A DNA stretch of 64,000 nucleotides from Promethearchaeota archaeon (GTDB lineage: Archaea; Asgardarchaeota; Lokiarchaeia; Sigyniarchaeales; SOKP01): positions 560,685 to 624,684 of the forward strand of contig JBHLNF010000001.1 in the NCBI GenBank assembly GCA_048937405.1, in the 5' to 3' direction. Within the stretch, counting starts at the first letter, position 1; every line of letters starts with the position of its first letter. Shown here piece after piece: positions 38,331 through 50,078 of this stretch. The position numbers were made by a program, and so were the translations under genes. The notes beneath the pieces were generated by a model, which ran no database searches, was not told the origin of the DNA, and worked only from the letters and a program-made list of their open reading frames with translations.

Positions 38331-39356
38331 ATGGAATCTAAAGAAATTTATATTGCTTATAATGTTGAGTTGGGGAGACTCTTTAAGGTCGGATATGGCC
38401 TTCCAAAAAATCCAGAAAATTATACTTGGATGTGTAGAACTTGTAAAAAACCAGTTTTTTATAACCGATATGAAAAGTGTTTCAAACATCGAGGATTGAA
38501 ACCAGAAGGCTTTGAACCTGAGACTATAGAACATAAAACTATGAAAAATTACTGGTATACAGTATTTCCAAAATTTAATAATATTAAATCACGACAAAGG
38601 GAATTCTGGTTAGAAGATCAAGTCGCGGATGTATATTTTGAATTACGAGATGGAAAAAAAGTAGCAATTGAGTGCCAAAATTCTCCTATATCTGCAAAAA
38701 AATTAATTGAAAGAACGAAAAAGTACACTCAAAAGGACATCTATGTTTTATGGGTATTTAACGGATCTGGAACCTGTGTATCGGAAGAAAAAAGACCATT
38801 TAATACCGAGAAGATCCGAGTTTTAAAGGAAGAAAAAAGGGTACATAACCTATATGGGGGTCGAATTTATTATATGAATGTGATTGGTGAAGAAGTTATT
38901 GAACCACCATACGCTATCCATTTTTCTCCTTATTTTGAAATTAAAAAACTTGAAGCAAATATATATGGATATGAAAAATATTACAAAGAGTTCCAGAGTG
39001 CAACTGTAGGGACTATTTATTCATATAATGTTTTATGTATAGAGTATAGAGGATATAAATTAGCTCGATTTATGGATAAAAATGTGAGTATCTCATGCAC
39101 TGAACAACTTGAGGTGCATTTAAGGGAAATCTGCCGTAAGAAATTTGAAGAGGCCAACTTAACTGAAACACAAGAAATTGAACTCCCTGTCAATCTATTA
39201 ATTAAACTTGTGTGCGATGATTTTGGATATTTTCTCCCTTATTTGATTCTTAAAAGATCAAGGAAAAGGATAAAAAGAGTTAGATTTGAGCGTCAATTGG
39301 ATGATGGATATAACATTCGAGATATAATTGTTGTAAGAATTTCTGATTATCTTTAA
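38331..39356 (+). CDS. CoiA-like PD-(D/E)xK nuclease family protein
   Basis: CRTC...FKH, ETIEH, ADVYF...AIECQNS, ERTKKY, YVLWVF. Confidence 0.8.
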   Translation: MESKEIYIAYNVELGRLFKVGYGLPKNPENYTWMCRTCKKPVFYNRYEKCFKHRGLKPEGFEPETIEHKTMKNYWYTVFPKFNNIKSRQREFWLEDQVADVYFELRDGKKVAIECQNSPISAKKLIERTKKYTQKDIYVLWVFNGSGTCVSEEKRPFNTEKIRVLKEEKRVHNLYGGRIYYMNVIGEEVIEPPYAIHFSPYFEIKKLEANIYGYEKYYKEFQSATVGTIYSYNVLCIEYRGYKLARFMDKNVSISCTEQLEVHLREICRKKFEEANLTETQEIELPVNLLIKLVCDDFGYFLPYLILKRSRKRIKRVRFERQLDDGYNIRDIIVVRISDYL

Positions 39357-39687
39357 TCAAAAAATCTTATATAACTCTATTTAGAAAATCACCATGAATC
39401 AAACATCTTGAATGATCAAATTATAAAAAAATAAAAAATAGAATTCTAAATTAAATAATTTTTATGAGAAATGTGTTTTTTATATTTTTTTTAAAAAATC
39501 TTAATTGCTTTTAATTTCTCTTTAGTTTTGAGAAAAATTATCATCTAATTATAAACATATTCAAGAAAACTCTATAAATTTTTTATTTATTTTTTTGAAA
39601 TAAAACAGTTTTTTAAGACTAAACATTGTCTATTCATTTTTGAAAAAATAAACATAAGATTTATATATGTTAATTTACACTTATATA

Positions 39688-39708
39688 TTGTCAATCGAAG
39701 GTTGACAA
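39688..39708. promoter_or_regulatory. Perfect inverted repeat upstream of grpE, candidate heat-shock operator
   Basis: TTGTCAA-TCGAAGG-TTGACAA, next to TTATATAT boxes at 39661 and 39681. Confidence 0.6.
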
Positions 39709-39758
39709 ACACAAGTTATTACAAAAAAAAAGGGATTTAAAACTCAAAAAACAAAAAA

Positions 39759-40487
39759 ATGGCATATAACATTAAAAATGGAATGGGAGATGTAAAATCT
39801 ATGACATTTGAAGATTATTATGATAGATTTATTAACAACAGAGGATTGTTACAAAGGAAATCAGATCAGATTCTAATTTCTAAAAGCGATTATAGTCGAC
39901 TTAAAGCGAAATCAGAAAAGTATGAAGCACTAGTAGAAGAACATAAAAAGATTAAGACTCAGAATGACCGTTTGTTAAAAGAATTAGACGATATGAAAGA
40001 AGATGGTCGAAAATTCAAAGAATTAATGGAAGAGAAAGAGAAATATTTAAATGCCCTTTTAAGAATACGTGCTGATTTTGAAAATTACAAGAAACGCACA
40101 GAACGAGAGAATTCCAAGTATAAGTCATATATTATAGAATCTTTGTTAAGAAAATTAATCAATCACTTTGATGATTTAGTGAGAGCATTTAATTTACTAA
40201 AAATGTTTGATGAAAAAGATGGAATCAAAAAGGGATTTGAAATCATAGTTAAGAATTTTGAAAAGATATTAGATGAAGAGGGAGTAAAACCTATGAATTC
40301 AGAAGGTGAGATATTTGATCCTTATAAGCATGAGGCAGTATTAGTCGAAGAAGGTCGAGATGATCTCCCTGAAAATACAATATTAGAAGAAATAACTAAA
40401 GGTTATTATCTTAAAGATAAGATTTTAAGACCTGCAAAGGTCAAAATCTCAAAAAAATCAAAATTAACAATATTAAATGAAAATTAG
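39759..40487 (+). CDS. grpE: Nucleotide exchange factor GrpE
   Basis: ADFENYKKR, FDPYKHEAV, KGYYLKDKILRPAKV. Confidence 0.96.
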   Translation: MAYNIKNGMGDVKSMTFEDYYDRFINNRGLLQRKSDQILISKSDYSRLKAKSEKYEALVEEHKKIKTQNDRLLKELDDMKEDGRKFKELMEEKEKYLNALLRIRADFENYKKRTERENSKYKSYIIESLLRKLINHFDDLVRAFNLLKMFDEKDGIKKGFEIIVKNFEKILDEEGVKPMNSEGEIFDPYKHEAVLVEEGRDDLPENTILEEITKGYYLKDKILRPAKVKISKKSKLTILNEN

Positions 40488-40533
40488 AAAAAAATCAAAA
40501 TTGAAAAATAAAATAAAAATGGAGTGATGAATT

Positions 40534-42447
40534 ATGGGAAAAATAATAGGAATCGACTTAGGAACGTCAAATTCAGCAGCAGCCATACTTATTGGCGGTA
40601 AACCAACAATAATACCTAGTGCAGAGGGCTTAACCTTAGGTGGTAAGGCTTTTCCATCTGTAGTTGCTTTTACGAAGGATGGTCAGAGATTAATTGGAGA
40701 ACCTGCTCGAAGACAAGCAATCTCTAATCCAGATCGCACAATTACTGCCATAAAGAGAAAGATGGGTACATCGTATACTGTAAAAATTGATGGGAAGGAT
40801 TATACTCCTCAAGAAATTTCCGCAATGATTCTGAGGAAAATTAAAGAAGATGCTAGTGCTTATTTAGGTGAAGAAGTTACTGATGCTATTATCACTGTAC
40901 CAGCATATTTTAATGATAATCAAAGACAAGCTACTAAAGATGCGGGAAGGATCGCGGGATTAAATGTAAAACGTTTAATTAACGAACCCACTGCCGCAGC
41001 TGTAGCTTATGGATTAGACAAGAAAAATGCAAGGTTAAAGATCGCAGTATTAGATCTTGGTGGGGGTACTTTTGATGTTACGATAATGGAAATGGATAAT
41101 CAAGTTTTTGAAGTAATATCTACAGCAGGTGATACTCAGCTAGGAGGAACAGACATGGATAAGATTCTTGTGGATTATATAGTTTCAGAATTTCAAAGAG
41201 ATCAAGGTGTAGATCTTCGAGGGGATTCTATGGCAATGCAAAGAGTCCGGGAAGCCGCAGAAAAGGCTAAGATTGAATTATCTACTTCAATTACGACTGA
41301 TATAAATTTACCTTATATAACTGCAACTAAAGAAGGACCAAAACATCTTAATATGACACTCACGAGAGCTAAATTAGAGCAACTCATTGAACCTGTGCTA
41401 AAAAGATTAGATACTTCTATATTAAAGGCTCTGCAAGATGCTGGTATGGCTAGAGGAGATGTTGATAAGATTATATTAGTTGGTGGTCCGACAAGAATGC
41501 CTGTTATTCAGAAGAAATTTGAAACTTTGCTTGGTAAAACTCCAGAAAGGAGTATTGATCCAATGGAGTGTGTTGCTATGGGTGCTGCCATTCAAGGAGG
41601 TGTATTAACTGGTGAGGTCGAAGATTTACTTTTATTAGATGTGACTCCTTTGTCTTTAGGAGTTGAGACATTAGGTGGTGTCTTTACAAAACTGATTGAA
41701 AGGAATACTACAATACCAACTAAAAAGGCTGAAACATTCTCTACAGCAGCTGATAATCAACCAGCCGTAGAAATTCATGTATTACAAGGTGAAAGACCAC
41801 GAGCAGCAGATAACATCACATTGGGAAGATTTCATTTAAATGGTATACCACCTGCACCTCGGGGAATACCGCAGATTGAAGTAACATTCGATATTGATCA
41901 AAATGGAATTTTAAATGTCTCAGCGAAAGATAAAGGAACTGGAAAAAGTCAATCAATAACAATTACAGCCTCTACAAAGATGTCTGATGATGAAATTAAG
42001 CAAAAAATTCGAGAAGCTGAAAGTAATGCTGAAGAGGATAGAAAATTCAAAGAATTAACTGAGGTTAAAAATCATGGAGAATCTTTAATTTACCAAACTG
42101 AAAAACTTTTGAAAGAGAATGAAGGTGTAATTGGAGATTTGAAATCGAAAATATTTGATAAAATTGCTGAATTGAGAAGTGCAATGGAATCTGAAGATGT
42201 TGGTCGAATTAAGAATGCTACAGAAGCCTTACAGAATTCATTACATGAGATTTCTTCTCGAATCTATGGTCAACAACAAGGACCTTCTCAAGGAGCTTAT
42301 CAGGGTGCTCCACCTGAAGGTATGGGAGATATCCCACCAGGATCCTCATATGGATATCAAGGAAAAACTCAAGATGAAATTGAAGAAGAACAATTCAGGA
42401 AAGCAACAGGCCAAGATGATAATGTAGTTGATGCAGAATATGACTAA
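40534..42447 (+). CDS. dnaK: Chaperone DnaK
   Basis: [37 protein letters not shown]. Confidence 0.99.
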   Translation: MGKIIGIDLGTSNSAAAILIGGKPTIIPSAEGLTLGGKAFPSVVAFTKDGQRLIGEPARRQAISNPDRTITAIKRKMGTSYTVKIDGKDYTPQEISAMILRKIKEDASAYLGEEVTDAIITVPAYFNDNQRQATKDAGRIAGLNVKRLINEPTAAAVAYGLDKKNARLKIAVLDLGGGTFDVTIMEMDNQVFEVISTAGDTQLGGTDMDKILVDYIVSEFQRDQGVDLRGDSMAMQRVREAAEKAKIELSTSITTDINLPYITATKEGPKHLNMTLTRAKLEQLIEPVLKRLDTSILKALQDAGMARGDVDKIILVGGPTRMPVIQKKFETLLGKTPERSIDPMECVAMGAAIQGGVLTGEVEDLLLLDVTPLSLGVETLGGVFTKLIERNTTIPTKKAETFSTAADNQPAVEIHVLQGERPRAADNITLGRFHLNGIPPAPRGIPQIEVTFDIDQNGILNVSAKDKGTGKSQSITITASTKMSDDEIKQKIREAESNAEEDRKFKELTEVKNHGESLIYQTEKLLKENEGVIGDLKSKIFDKIAELRSAMESEDVGRIKNATEALQNSLHEISSRIYGQQQGPSQGAYQGAPPEGMGDIPPGSSYGYQGKTQDEIEEEQFRKATGQDDNVVDAEYD

Positions 42448-42478
42448 GTTTTTTTTTTTTTAATTTTTTTTTATTTTT
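42448..42478 (+). terminator. Oligo-T tract after dnaK
   Basis: Long T runs directly after the TAA; archaeal intrinsic terminator-like. Confidence 0.45.
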
Positions 42479-42535
42479 ATAGAAATTCACGATTATTGAA
42501 TTATTTTTCATTACTAAAAAAAGGGGTTGTAAACC

Positions 42536-43543
42536 ATGACAAAAGATTATTATAAAATTTTAGGAATAAATAAAGGAGTTTCAAAAGAAGAAATTAAAAG
42601 AGCATTTCGTAAGATGGCTCGAAAATATCATCCTGATGTTAATCCAGATGAACCAAAATCGGGAGAAAAATTTAAAGAGATAAATGAAGCTTATACAATT
42701 TTGAGTGATGATAAAAAAAGAGAGATGTATGATAGATTTGGAGTTGTAGAGGGGGATCCATCCTCATATCAAAATTCGGATGGTTTTCCTGGAGGAGGAA
42801 GGGTTCATCGAAGTCCAGATGGTACAACCTATTATTATACATCCTCAGGATCACCAGGAGGATTTGATTTTAACGAAATTTTTGGAAATCATAATAATTC
42901 TCGAAGTAGAAGTGGTGGTTTTGATTTTTTTAATGATTTAGGAGATATTTTTGATGTATTCTCAAAAAGAGGTAGAAGTTCACGAGTCAGTTCAAGCAAT
43001 TTTGGAAGTAGACCATTAGAGGGCGATGACTTAAGATATGATATTGAAATCGATTTTATGGAAGCTTTCTATGGAGAAGAAAAAAGAATATCATATAAAG
43101 ATCCAAATACAAATCAAATGTCTACATTAAAAGTTAGGATTCCAAAAGGAATTAAAGATCAACAAAAGTTACGTCTTAAAGGTAAGGGATTATCTGGTAT
43201 AAATGGAGGTGCTCCAGGAGATTTATATATAAATGTAAATATAAAATCTCATCCAACTTTTAAACTTGAAGGGAATGATATTTTTGTTGAGAAAGAAATT
43301 CCATTTACAACTGCTGTACTTGGAGGAAAAATTCAAGTTCCAGGTATTGAAAAAGATTTAACCGTAACTGTACCTCCTGGAACTTCGGATGGATCAATTC
43401 TAAGATTAAAAAATCAAGGATTTTATTTTACAGGATCAGAACAAAGAGGAAGTGAATTAGTTAAAATCAGTATAGATATTCCAAAAAAACTGAATAAATC
43501 CCAAAAAGAATTATTAGAAAAATTAAAACAAACTGGATTATAA
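42536..43543 (+). CDS. dnaJ: DnaJ class B protein (CbpA-like, no zinc finger)
   Basis: J domain with HPD, G/F region, C-terminal domains; no CxxCxGxG repeats. Confidence 0.93.
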   Translation: MTKDYYKILGINKGVSKEEIKRAFRKMARKYHPDVNPDEPKSGEKFKEINEAYTILSDDKKREMYDRFGVVEGDPSSYQNSDGFPGGGRVHRSPDGTTYYYTSSGSPGGFDFNEIFGNHNNSRSRSGGFDFFNDLGDIFDVFSKRGRSSRVSSSNFGSRPLEGDDLRYDIEIDFMEAFYGEEKRISYKDPNTNQMSTLKVRIPKGIKDQQKLRLKGKGLSGINGGAPGDLYINVNIKSHPTFKLEGNDIFVEKEIPFTTAVLGGKIQVPGIEKDLTVTVPPGTSDGSILRLKNQGFYFTGSEQRGSELVKISIDIPKKLNKSQKELLEKLKQTGL

Positions 43544-43560
43544 AAGTGATCTTAACAATG

Positions 43561-46170
43561 ATGAAATTTGATAAATTTACTATAAAAGTACAAGAAGCCT
43601 TGTTGGCGGCAAGGTCTCTAGCTCAAGAAAGAGATCATCAAAAAATTGATCCAGTTCATTTATTAATTGCTTTTATAGATCAACAAGATGGAATTTCAAC
43701 ACCTTTATTGCAAAAATTAGGGGTAAGCATAAAAAATATATTGAGTGATCTCTACAGTGAAATGGGGAGGATTCCAAAGGTATCAGGTTCAGGAGCAATG
43801 GATGTGGTTTTATCTCGCGAATCAAGTACATTGTTTGATTTAGCTTGGAAAGAGGCTGATTTATTGAGAGATCAGTACTTAAGTACCGAACATTTATTAA
43901 TAGCTATGAGTAGTAATCATTCATTAACTGTATATTCAATTTTAAACAAAAATGGAATAACAAAAGATAGAATTTTACAAGCATTAAAAACTATTAGAGG
44001 GCATCAAACAATTACGGATCAAGATCCAGAGGGAAAATATCAAGTTGTTGAAAAATACAGCCGCAATTTAACAGATTTAGCAAGAATAGGTAAATTAGAT
44101 CCCGTAATAGGAAGGGATGATGAAATTAGAAGAGTTATGCATATTTTATCTCGCAGAACAAAGAATAATCCTGTATTAATTGGGGAGGCAGGAGTAGGAA
44201 AAACAGCAATAGTAGAAGGATTAGCACAGAGAATAGCAAATGGAGATGTTCCAGAATCATTAAAAGAAAAAGATATTTTAGCTATGGATTTAGCAGCAAT
44301 GGTTGCAGGAGCTAAATATAGAGGTGAATTTGAAGATCGGCTTAAAGCTTTTATAAAGGAAGTTGAAAAAGGTTCAGGAAAATATATACTATTTATTGAT
44401 GAGCTCCATACATTAGTTGGTGCTGGTGCAGCACAAGGTGCGATTGATGCTTCAAATATGTTAAAACCAGCATTAGCTCGAGGTGAATTAAGAGCAGTAG
44501 GGGCAACAACTTTAGACGAATATAGAAAGTATATCGAAAAAGATGCGGCATTAACACGACGGTTCCAAACAGTGTATGTTGATGAGCCTTCAGTGGAAGA
44601 TTCAATAGCTATTCTTAGAGGGTTAAAAGAAAAGTATGAAATTCATCATGGAGTAAGAATTACAGATTCTGCAATAATTGCAGCAGTTACATTATCGCAT
44701 AGATATATTTCAGATCGCTTCTTACCTGATAAAGCTATTGATTTAATGGATGAAGCAGCCTCAAGATTAAGAATTGAAATAGATTCAATGCCAACTGAAA
44801 TTGATGAAATTGAACGAAAAATCATTCAATTAGAGATTCAAAAGGAAGCTCTCAAAAAAGAGGATGATAAATCAAGTAAAGAACATATGAAGAAACTTGA
44901 TGAAGAACTGCATAATCTCAGGGAAGAGAATGATAACTTAAAACTACAGTGGAATAATGAAAAAAATGTAATCTTAAAGATTAATCAGATAAAAAGAAAT
45001 ATGGAAGAAACAAAAATTGAAGCTGAAAAAGCTGAAAAACGAGGAGATCTTGGAAAGGCTGCTGAATTAACATATGGAATGCTAAATGAATTGAAAAAAG
45101 AACTAGACCACTATAATACTGAACTATTAGAAATTCAAAAGAATAAAATTATGTTAAAACAAGAGGTAGATGATGAAGATATAGCCAAAATAATTTCTCA
45201 ATGGACTGGAATTCCCGTATCCAGAATGTTGGAAGGCGAAAGGGAGAAATTACTAAAGATGGAGCAAAGATTGAAAAAAAGAATTGTTGGACAAGACGAG
45301 GCACTAAACAAAATATCAAATGCAATTCGGAGAGCTAGGGCGGGAATACAAGATCCTAATAGACCTATTGGGACTTTTATATTTATGGGTCCCACTGGAG
45401 TTGGGAAAACGGAGACTGCAAAAGCGTTAGCAGAATTTCTTTTTGACGATGAAAATGCTATGGTAAGAATTGATATGTCCGAATTTATGGAAAAACACAG
45501 CATTGCGAGATTGATTGGTGCGCCTCCTGGTTATATAGGATATGATGAAGGAGGCTACTTAACAGAAGCAGTCAGAAGAAGACCATATTCTGTTATTTTA
45601 TTTGATGAGATCGAAAAAGCTCATCTTGAAGTATTTAATATATTATTGCAAATTTTTGATGATGGTAGATTAACAGATGGGCACGGACGTACAGTTGATT
45701 TTAAAAATACAATAATTATTATGACAAGTAATATTGGGAGTCAATACATTCTTGATTCTAGAAATGATGATCCTTTAAAAAATCGAGAAATGATTTTAAA
45801 GACACTTAAAAATTATTTTAGACCAGAATTTCTCAATAGAATTGATGAAATTATTATTTTCGATTTCTTAGATAAAAATCACTTAGAAGAAATTGTGGAT
45901 ATTCAAATTAAAAATTTAAATAAAATCTTATCAGTTCATAAAATCCAAATACTACTTACTCAAAAAGCAAAACAGTTCCTAAGTGAGAAAGGCTATGATC
46001 CTGATTATGGGGCAAGACCTTTAAAAAGGACAATTCAGAATTATATACAAAATCCATTATCATTAAAAATTTTAGAAGGGGATTTTATGGAAGATAGCAC
46101 TGTTAGAGTTGATATTGATAATAAAAAATCATTATCATTTGAAAGAATTGGAAAAATGGATGTGAATTAA
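43561..46170 (+). CDS. clpB: ATP-dependent disaggregase ClpB
   Basis: [21 protein letters not shown], full M-domain coiled coil, [15 protein letters not shown]; start could be 43546, 43558 or 43561. Confidence 0.98.
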   Translation: MKFDKFTIKVQEALLAARSLAQERDHQKIDPVHLLIAFIDQQDGISTPLLQKLGVSIKNILSDLYSEMGRIPKVSGSGAMDVVLSRESSTLFDLAWKEADLLRDQYLSTEHLLIAMSSNHSLTVYSILNKNGITKDRILQALKTIRGHQTITDQDPEGKYQVVEKYSRNLTDLARIGKLDPVIGRDDEIRRVMHILSRRTKNNPVLIGEAGVGKTAIVEGLAQRIANGDVPESLKEKDILAMDLAAMVAGAKYRGEFEDRLKAFIKEVEKGSGKYILFIDELHTLVGAGAAQGAIDASNMLKPALARGELRAVGATTLDEYRKYIEKDAALTRRFQTVYVDEPSVEDSIAILRGLKEKYEIHHGVRITDSAIIAAVTLSHRYISDRFLPDKAIDLMDEAASRLRIEIDSMPTEIDEIERKIIQLEIQKEALKKEDDKSSKEHMKKLDEELHNLREENDNLKLQWNNEKNVILKINQIKRNMEETKIEAEKAEKRGDLGKAAELTYGMLNELKKELDHYNTELLEIQKNKIMLKQEVDDEDIAKIISQWTGIPVSRMLEGEREKLLKMEQRLKKRIVGQDEALNKISNAIRRARAGIQDPNRPIGTFIFMGPTGVGKTETAKALAEFLFDDENAMVRIDMSEFMEKHSIARLIGAPPGYIGYDEGGYLTEAVRRRPYSVILFDEIEKAHLEVFNILLQIFDDGRLTDGHGRTVDFKNTIIIMTSNIGSQYILDSRNDDPLKNREMILKTLKNYFRPEFLNRIDEIIIFDFLDKNHLEEIVDIQIKNLNKILSVHKIQILLTQKAKQFLSEKGYDPDYGARPLKRTIQNYIQNPLSLKILEGDFMEDSTVRVDIDNKKSLSFERIGKMDVN

Positions 46171-46229
46171 TAATTGGTCTACAAATGTTTTATAATTTTA
46201 GATAAAATAAATTTATTGAGGATATTAAA

Positions 46230-47123
46230 ATGGGCTTAAATACTAAAAATAATATTGTTTTAAATGTATGTCCTGAATGTGGAGGATCAATAATTCCATT
46301 ATTAGAGACTGGTGATGTTGTATGCAATCAATGTGGATTAGTAATTGATGAAAGAAATGTCGATTTTTCACAAAATGGGAGGAGAGCTTATACACATCAA
46401 GAAAAAAATAATAGGGAGCAAACAGGGGCTCCAATTTCAATTTTATTACCCGATATGGGATTAAGCACAGTTATAGACAGAACTAAAATAAGTAATCCAG
46501 ATTTAAAAAGAGCTGCTAAATGGAATACCCGTATAACGTGGCAAAAAAGAAATTTATTAATAGCATCAACGGAATTGAAAAGGATTAGTACAAATTTAAA
46601 CTTACCAATATACGTGAGAGAAGATGCTATGCGTCTTTATAGGGAAGCTTTCAAAAAAAAATTACTAAGAGGAAGATCTATTAATGCAATGGTTGCGGCA
46701 TGTTTATACTTGGCGTGTAGAAGAAAACAACTCCCTAGAACGCTTCAAGAAATAACCAATGAAGCTTCTGCAAATGCTAAAGACGTAAGAAGAAGTTATA
46801 CAACTTTGATTAAGGAATTCAATTTAAAATCTCCTTCTACTGATCCAATTTCTCTTATTCCAAGATATATAAATGATTTAGAATTAGATTCAGAAATAGA
46901 AAAATTAACAACTAAAATTTTAAACACGTATAAAGCAAGATTTTCTATTAGTGGGAAAGATCCAAAGGGTTTATGTGCGGGTGCAATTTATTTAGCTTCT
47001 AAAATTAAAAATAGAGATATTACCCAACAAAAAATTGTTGAAAATGTAGGAATAACAGAGGTTACACTTCGGTCTCGTTATAAAGAATTGAAAAATAAAC
47101 TAAAAATCACATTACCTATATAA
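46230..47123 (+). CDS. tfb: Transcription initiation factor IIB
   Basis: CPEC...CNQCGLV zinc ribbon, two cyclin repeats, GITEVTLRSRYKEL. Confidence 0.97.
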   Translation: MGLNTKNNIVLNVCPECGGSIIPLLETGDVVCNQCGLVIDERNVDFSQNGRRAYTHQEKNNREQTGAPISILLPDMGLSTVIDRTKISNPDLKRAAKWNTRITWQKRNLLIASTELKRISTNLNLPIYVREDAMRLYREAFKKKLLRGRSINAMVAACLYLACRRKQLPRTLQEITNEASANAKDVRRSYTTLIKEFNLKSPSTDPISLIPRYINDLELDSEIEKLTTKILNTYKARFSISGKDPKGLCAGAIYLASKIKNRDITQQKIVENVGITEVTLRSRYKELKNKLKITLPI

Positions 47124-47306
47124 AAATATAAAATTCTATTTTTCTTTTAGTTATATAATTTTTGATCGTGTAATCAGAGAATTTCTTTTTTTTACTATTT
47201 AGTAATGAATTAAGACCTTATTTCGATTTCATAAATGTTAAATATTTTATTTTTTATTATAAGTGAGAGTTAATAAAATCACTAAGTAGGAAATTTTCCA
47301 GTAATC

Positions 47307-48191
47307 ATGAAACCACTGATATTTTTAGTTGAAGATGATGAAATTCTACTAAAGAATTTTCAAATTTTCTTTGATATGAACGATTATGAATTAGTAACTG
47401 CTCTGAATGGAAGTCAAGGATTAGAAGTTCTCTCTAATCTAGAGCGTCCTCCAGATATTATAATTAGTGATATTTTAATGCCTATAATGGATGGATACGA
47501 ATTTTATATGAAAGTTTCAGAAAAAACAGAGTGGTCAAGAATTCCATTTTTCTTTCTTTCTGGTAAAGTTGAACCTGATGATGTAAGATTTGGTAAAATG
47601 CTTGGAGCAGATGATTATATTACGAAACCTTTCAGTCCAAAAGAATTATTAGAAAAAATTCGATTAAAAATAAAAGAAAGTAGAGAAATAAAAAAAAGTT
47701 CAAAAGAACTCGAAGAAAAATTAAAAAATATACTAAAATTCGAAGAGCCTTCTCTCGAATCGTTTAGTAGAGCGGATTTTTACTATATTTTTCAAATGAG
47801 TTGGGACGACAATAAAGGACCTGTAGTATTGGATTATTATCCAAAGAATCTGATTCCTTCACTCAATCTTGAAGAACTAACATCTCAGCTATATTCCACT
47901 TTAATAAAAATATATGAATTTGAACAGGTTCTAGAAAAAAAACAATTCATAATGAGAATTGTAAAAAATCTCATAGATGCTTATGCCTTAATTGATAAAT
48001 TGGAAGAAACCTCAGTAATAGAACCAAAAAGTGGTAAAGGAACATTTATGATTTGTGCAATTACACCCAATTTTCATTATTTAAATTCAAAAAGAATTAG
48101 AGAAATCCTCACAAAAATAGCTTTTAATATAAAGACTAAAAATGAATGGAGTATAAAAGAATACTGGGAAGAATTATCCAAAATTGAATGA
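47307..48191 (+). CDS. Response regulator receiver fused to a longin/uDENN-like domain
   Basis: VEDD, PDIIISDILMP, ITKPF; C-terminal YIFQMSWDDNKGPVVLDYYP. Receiver is secure, the C-terminal call is inference. Confidence 0.8.
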   Translation: MKPLIFLVEDDEILLKNFQIFFDMNDYELVTALNGSQGLEVLSNLERPPDIIISDILMPIMDGYEFYMKVSEKTEWSRIPFFFLSGKVEPDDVRFGKMLGADDYITKPFSPKELLEKIRLKIKESREIKKSSKELEEKLKNILKFEEPSLESFSRADFYYIFQMSWDDNKGPVVLDYYPKNLIPSLNLEELTSQLYSTLIKIYEFEQVLEKKQFIMRIVKNLIDAYALIDKLEETSVIEPKSGKGTFMICAITPNFHYLNSKRIREILTKIAFNIKTKNEWSIKEYWEELSKIE

Positions 48192-48309
48192 TTTTTCTGT
48201 TCTACTTTAATGATATTTAAAGGAAATTTTTAACCCAAATATTTTATCTGATTCTGGATTTTAGATTTCACTGTAAAATAAATAATAAATTTTATTTAAG
48301 AAAAATATA

Positions 48310-48726
48310 ATGACAGAATCAAATCAAGAGAATAAAAAGTTACAAGGTTTTGCAATTCTAATCAATAGTATCCTCGCACCTTTAAATGAAAACAAGCAGT
48401 TTAAAGAGAAATTTGGAAAAATCGATACTAAAATTCTCTTAAACGCTTCAAATTTAGATTTTGCTGCTCTTATTATAATTAATGATGGAATAATAAGAGT
48501 TGAGAGTATACCAAATAAGCCGAAAGCAAATTTAAAAAAAAAAAGGATAGGATGGAAAGGATTTTTAGAAATGGATACATATACATTTCTTTCTATTGCT
48601 ATGAATAACCTATCACCACTAAATATTGGGAAAAAATGGCTAACTCGTAAAGTAAAAATACGTGGAATTAGGAAATTACTTATTTTATTAAAAGTCTTAA
48701 AGTTTTTAACAACTTATAAAGATTAG
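48310..48726 (+). CDS. SCP2-like lipid-binding domain protein
   Basis: TFLSIAMNNLSP...WLTRKVKIRG resembles the SCP2 C-terminal pattern. Confidence 0.6.
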   Translation: MTESNQENKKLQGFAILINSILAPLNENKQFKEKFGKIDTKILLNASNLDFAALIIINDGIIRVESIPNKPKANLKKKRIGWKGFLEMDTYTFLSIAMNNLSPLNIGKKWLTRKVKIRGIRKLLILLKVLKFLTTYKD

Positions 48727-48813
48727 ATTTTTTTATAAATATAGAATATTGAAGAATAATTTACTTTGAAGAACTAATAATATTTAATGAAATAAATTTC
48801 TTAAAGATTGATT

Positions 48814-49506
48814 TTATTTTTCTTCTAAAGCTTTCTTTTCAAATAATCTTTTTTTCAATTTAACCATTTGGGTATCCATATCATAATCTACTAACTCCAC
48901 CTTTGCAAGTTCCTGAACAGCTCTTAAAACAAACGCACCAGAAATTCCAGTAGTATTCTTTATTTCATCTCGTGACATAGATTCTTTATCACCGTGGAGG
49001 ATTTTTAAGATTCTATAATGTGGTTGTCCCTGCCAAATTTCAGAAACTAGAACAGTATAAATTGATAATAAAGCACGAACTTTTTCAAAATTGAATTCTG
49101 CATGTTCAGCTTCTTCGGCTGCTTTCATAAATTTTTCTAATTCGACTTTAACTTTCTGATACTCATCTAATAATTTCACTTGTTCTTCTGTTAGAGACCC
49201 AATCTTTTGATCTCTTTCTTTTTTTTCTTTTTCAAGTTTTTTTGTTTCTTCTTCTAGCTTTATCTTTTCTGTTTCTAATAATTGTTTTTCAGTTTCTAAT
49301 TTATTCTTAGCTTCTTCGAGTAATACTTTCTCTTGTTCAAGTTTTTGTTTTTCTTTACTTAACTCTACTTTATCTGTTTCAAGTTTAATCAATGCTATTC
49401 TTGAAGTTTCTAAAACTTCAATAAATTCCTTAAAACTAGATTCCGTAGCTCGAATAGTTTCATCAATTACATTTAAAGTTTTATTTTCTTCTAACATTGG
49501 AGTCAC
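48814..49506 (-). CDS. Coiled-coil protein with C-terminal winged helix
   Basis: Heptad KxxLExE repeats followed by MSRDEIKNTTGISGAFVLRAVQELAKVELV; ATG at 49497 is the likelier start. Confidence 0.8.
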   Translation of the reverse strand: MTPMLEENKTLNVIDETIRATESSFKEFIEVLETSRIALIKLETDKVELSKEKQKLEQEKVLLEEAKNKLETEKQLLETEKIKLEEETKKLEKEKKERDQKIGSLTEEQVKLLDEYQKVKVELEKFMKAAEEAEHAEFNFEKVRALLSIYTVLVSEIWQGQPHYRILKILHGDKESMSRDEIKNTTGISGAFVLRAVQELAKVELVDYDMDTQMVKLKKRLFEKKALEEK

Positions 49507-49615
49507 AAATAATAATTTTTATTTTAGCATAAATAAAAATTCATAATATAATATTAAACTTATATAAAAATATTAAAATCTATATTAATAGCTATATATT
49601 ATTTTAATATTCATT

Positions 49616-49948
49616 TTAGTCTATAATTTCATCATATAGTTCTCTAAGATACTCTTTAATTTTATCAAAATGTTTTTTGCCAAATTCTGTGAGAGAATAA
49701 TACTTTCTTATTTTTCCTTCCACATTACGTTTTTCGAAAGATAGTAGACCAGAAAACGTTAATCTATTTAACCATGGATATAAAGTTCCGTCTGAAATGT
49801 TATAATCATTTTGGATTAGTTTTTTTTTCAGCCAGGAACCATAAAATGGATCTTTTCTTGCATAATATAGAATTTTGACTAATATGGAAATCTTTTGAAA
49901 TCTTCTCAAGGGATTTATAGATCTGATTTGTGAACCCATTTTTTGCAT
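49616..49948 (-). CDS. PadR family transcriptional regulator
   Basis: FYGSWL, ISDGTLYPWLNRL, RKYYSLT. Confidence 0.92.
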   Translation of the reverse strand: MQKMGSQIRSINPLRRFQKISILVKILYYARKDPFYGSWLKKKLIQNDYNISDGTLYPWLNRLTFSGLLSFEKRNVEGKIRKYYSLTEFGKKHFDKIKEYLRELYDEIID

Positions 49949-50001
49949 AAAAGAAAATTGAAAATGAATAATATTAATAAATCATAATTCAAATTTAATA
50001 T

Positions 50002-50029
50002 TATCGTATATCGATATCGGTAATCGATA
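50002..50029. promoter_or_regulatory. Tandem ATCG-N5-CGAT palindromes, candidate PadR operator
   Basis: TATCG-TATAT-CGATATCG-GTAAT-CGATA between divergent padR and MFS genes. Confidence 0.65.
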
Positions 50030-50078
50030 TTAATTAAATTCACTATAAAAATTGAATAAATATCATAATTGATTTATC

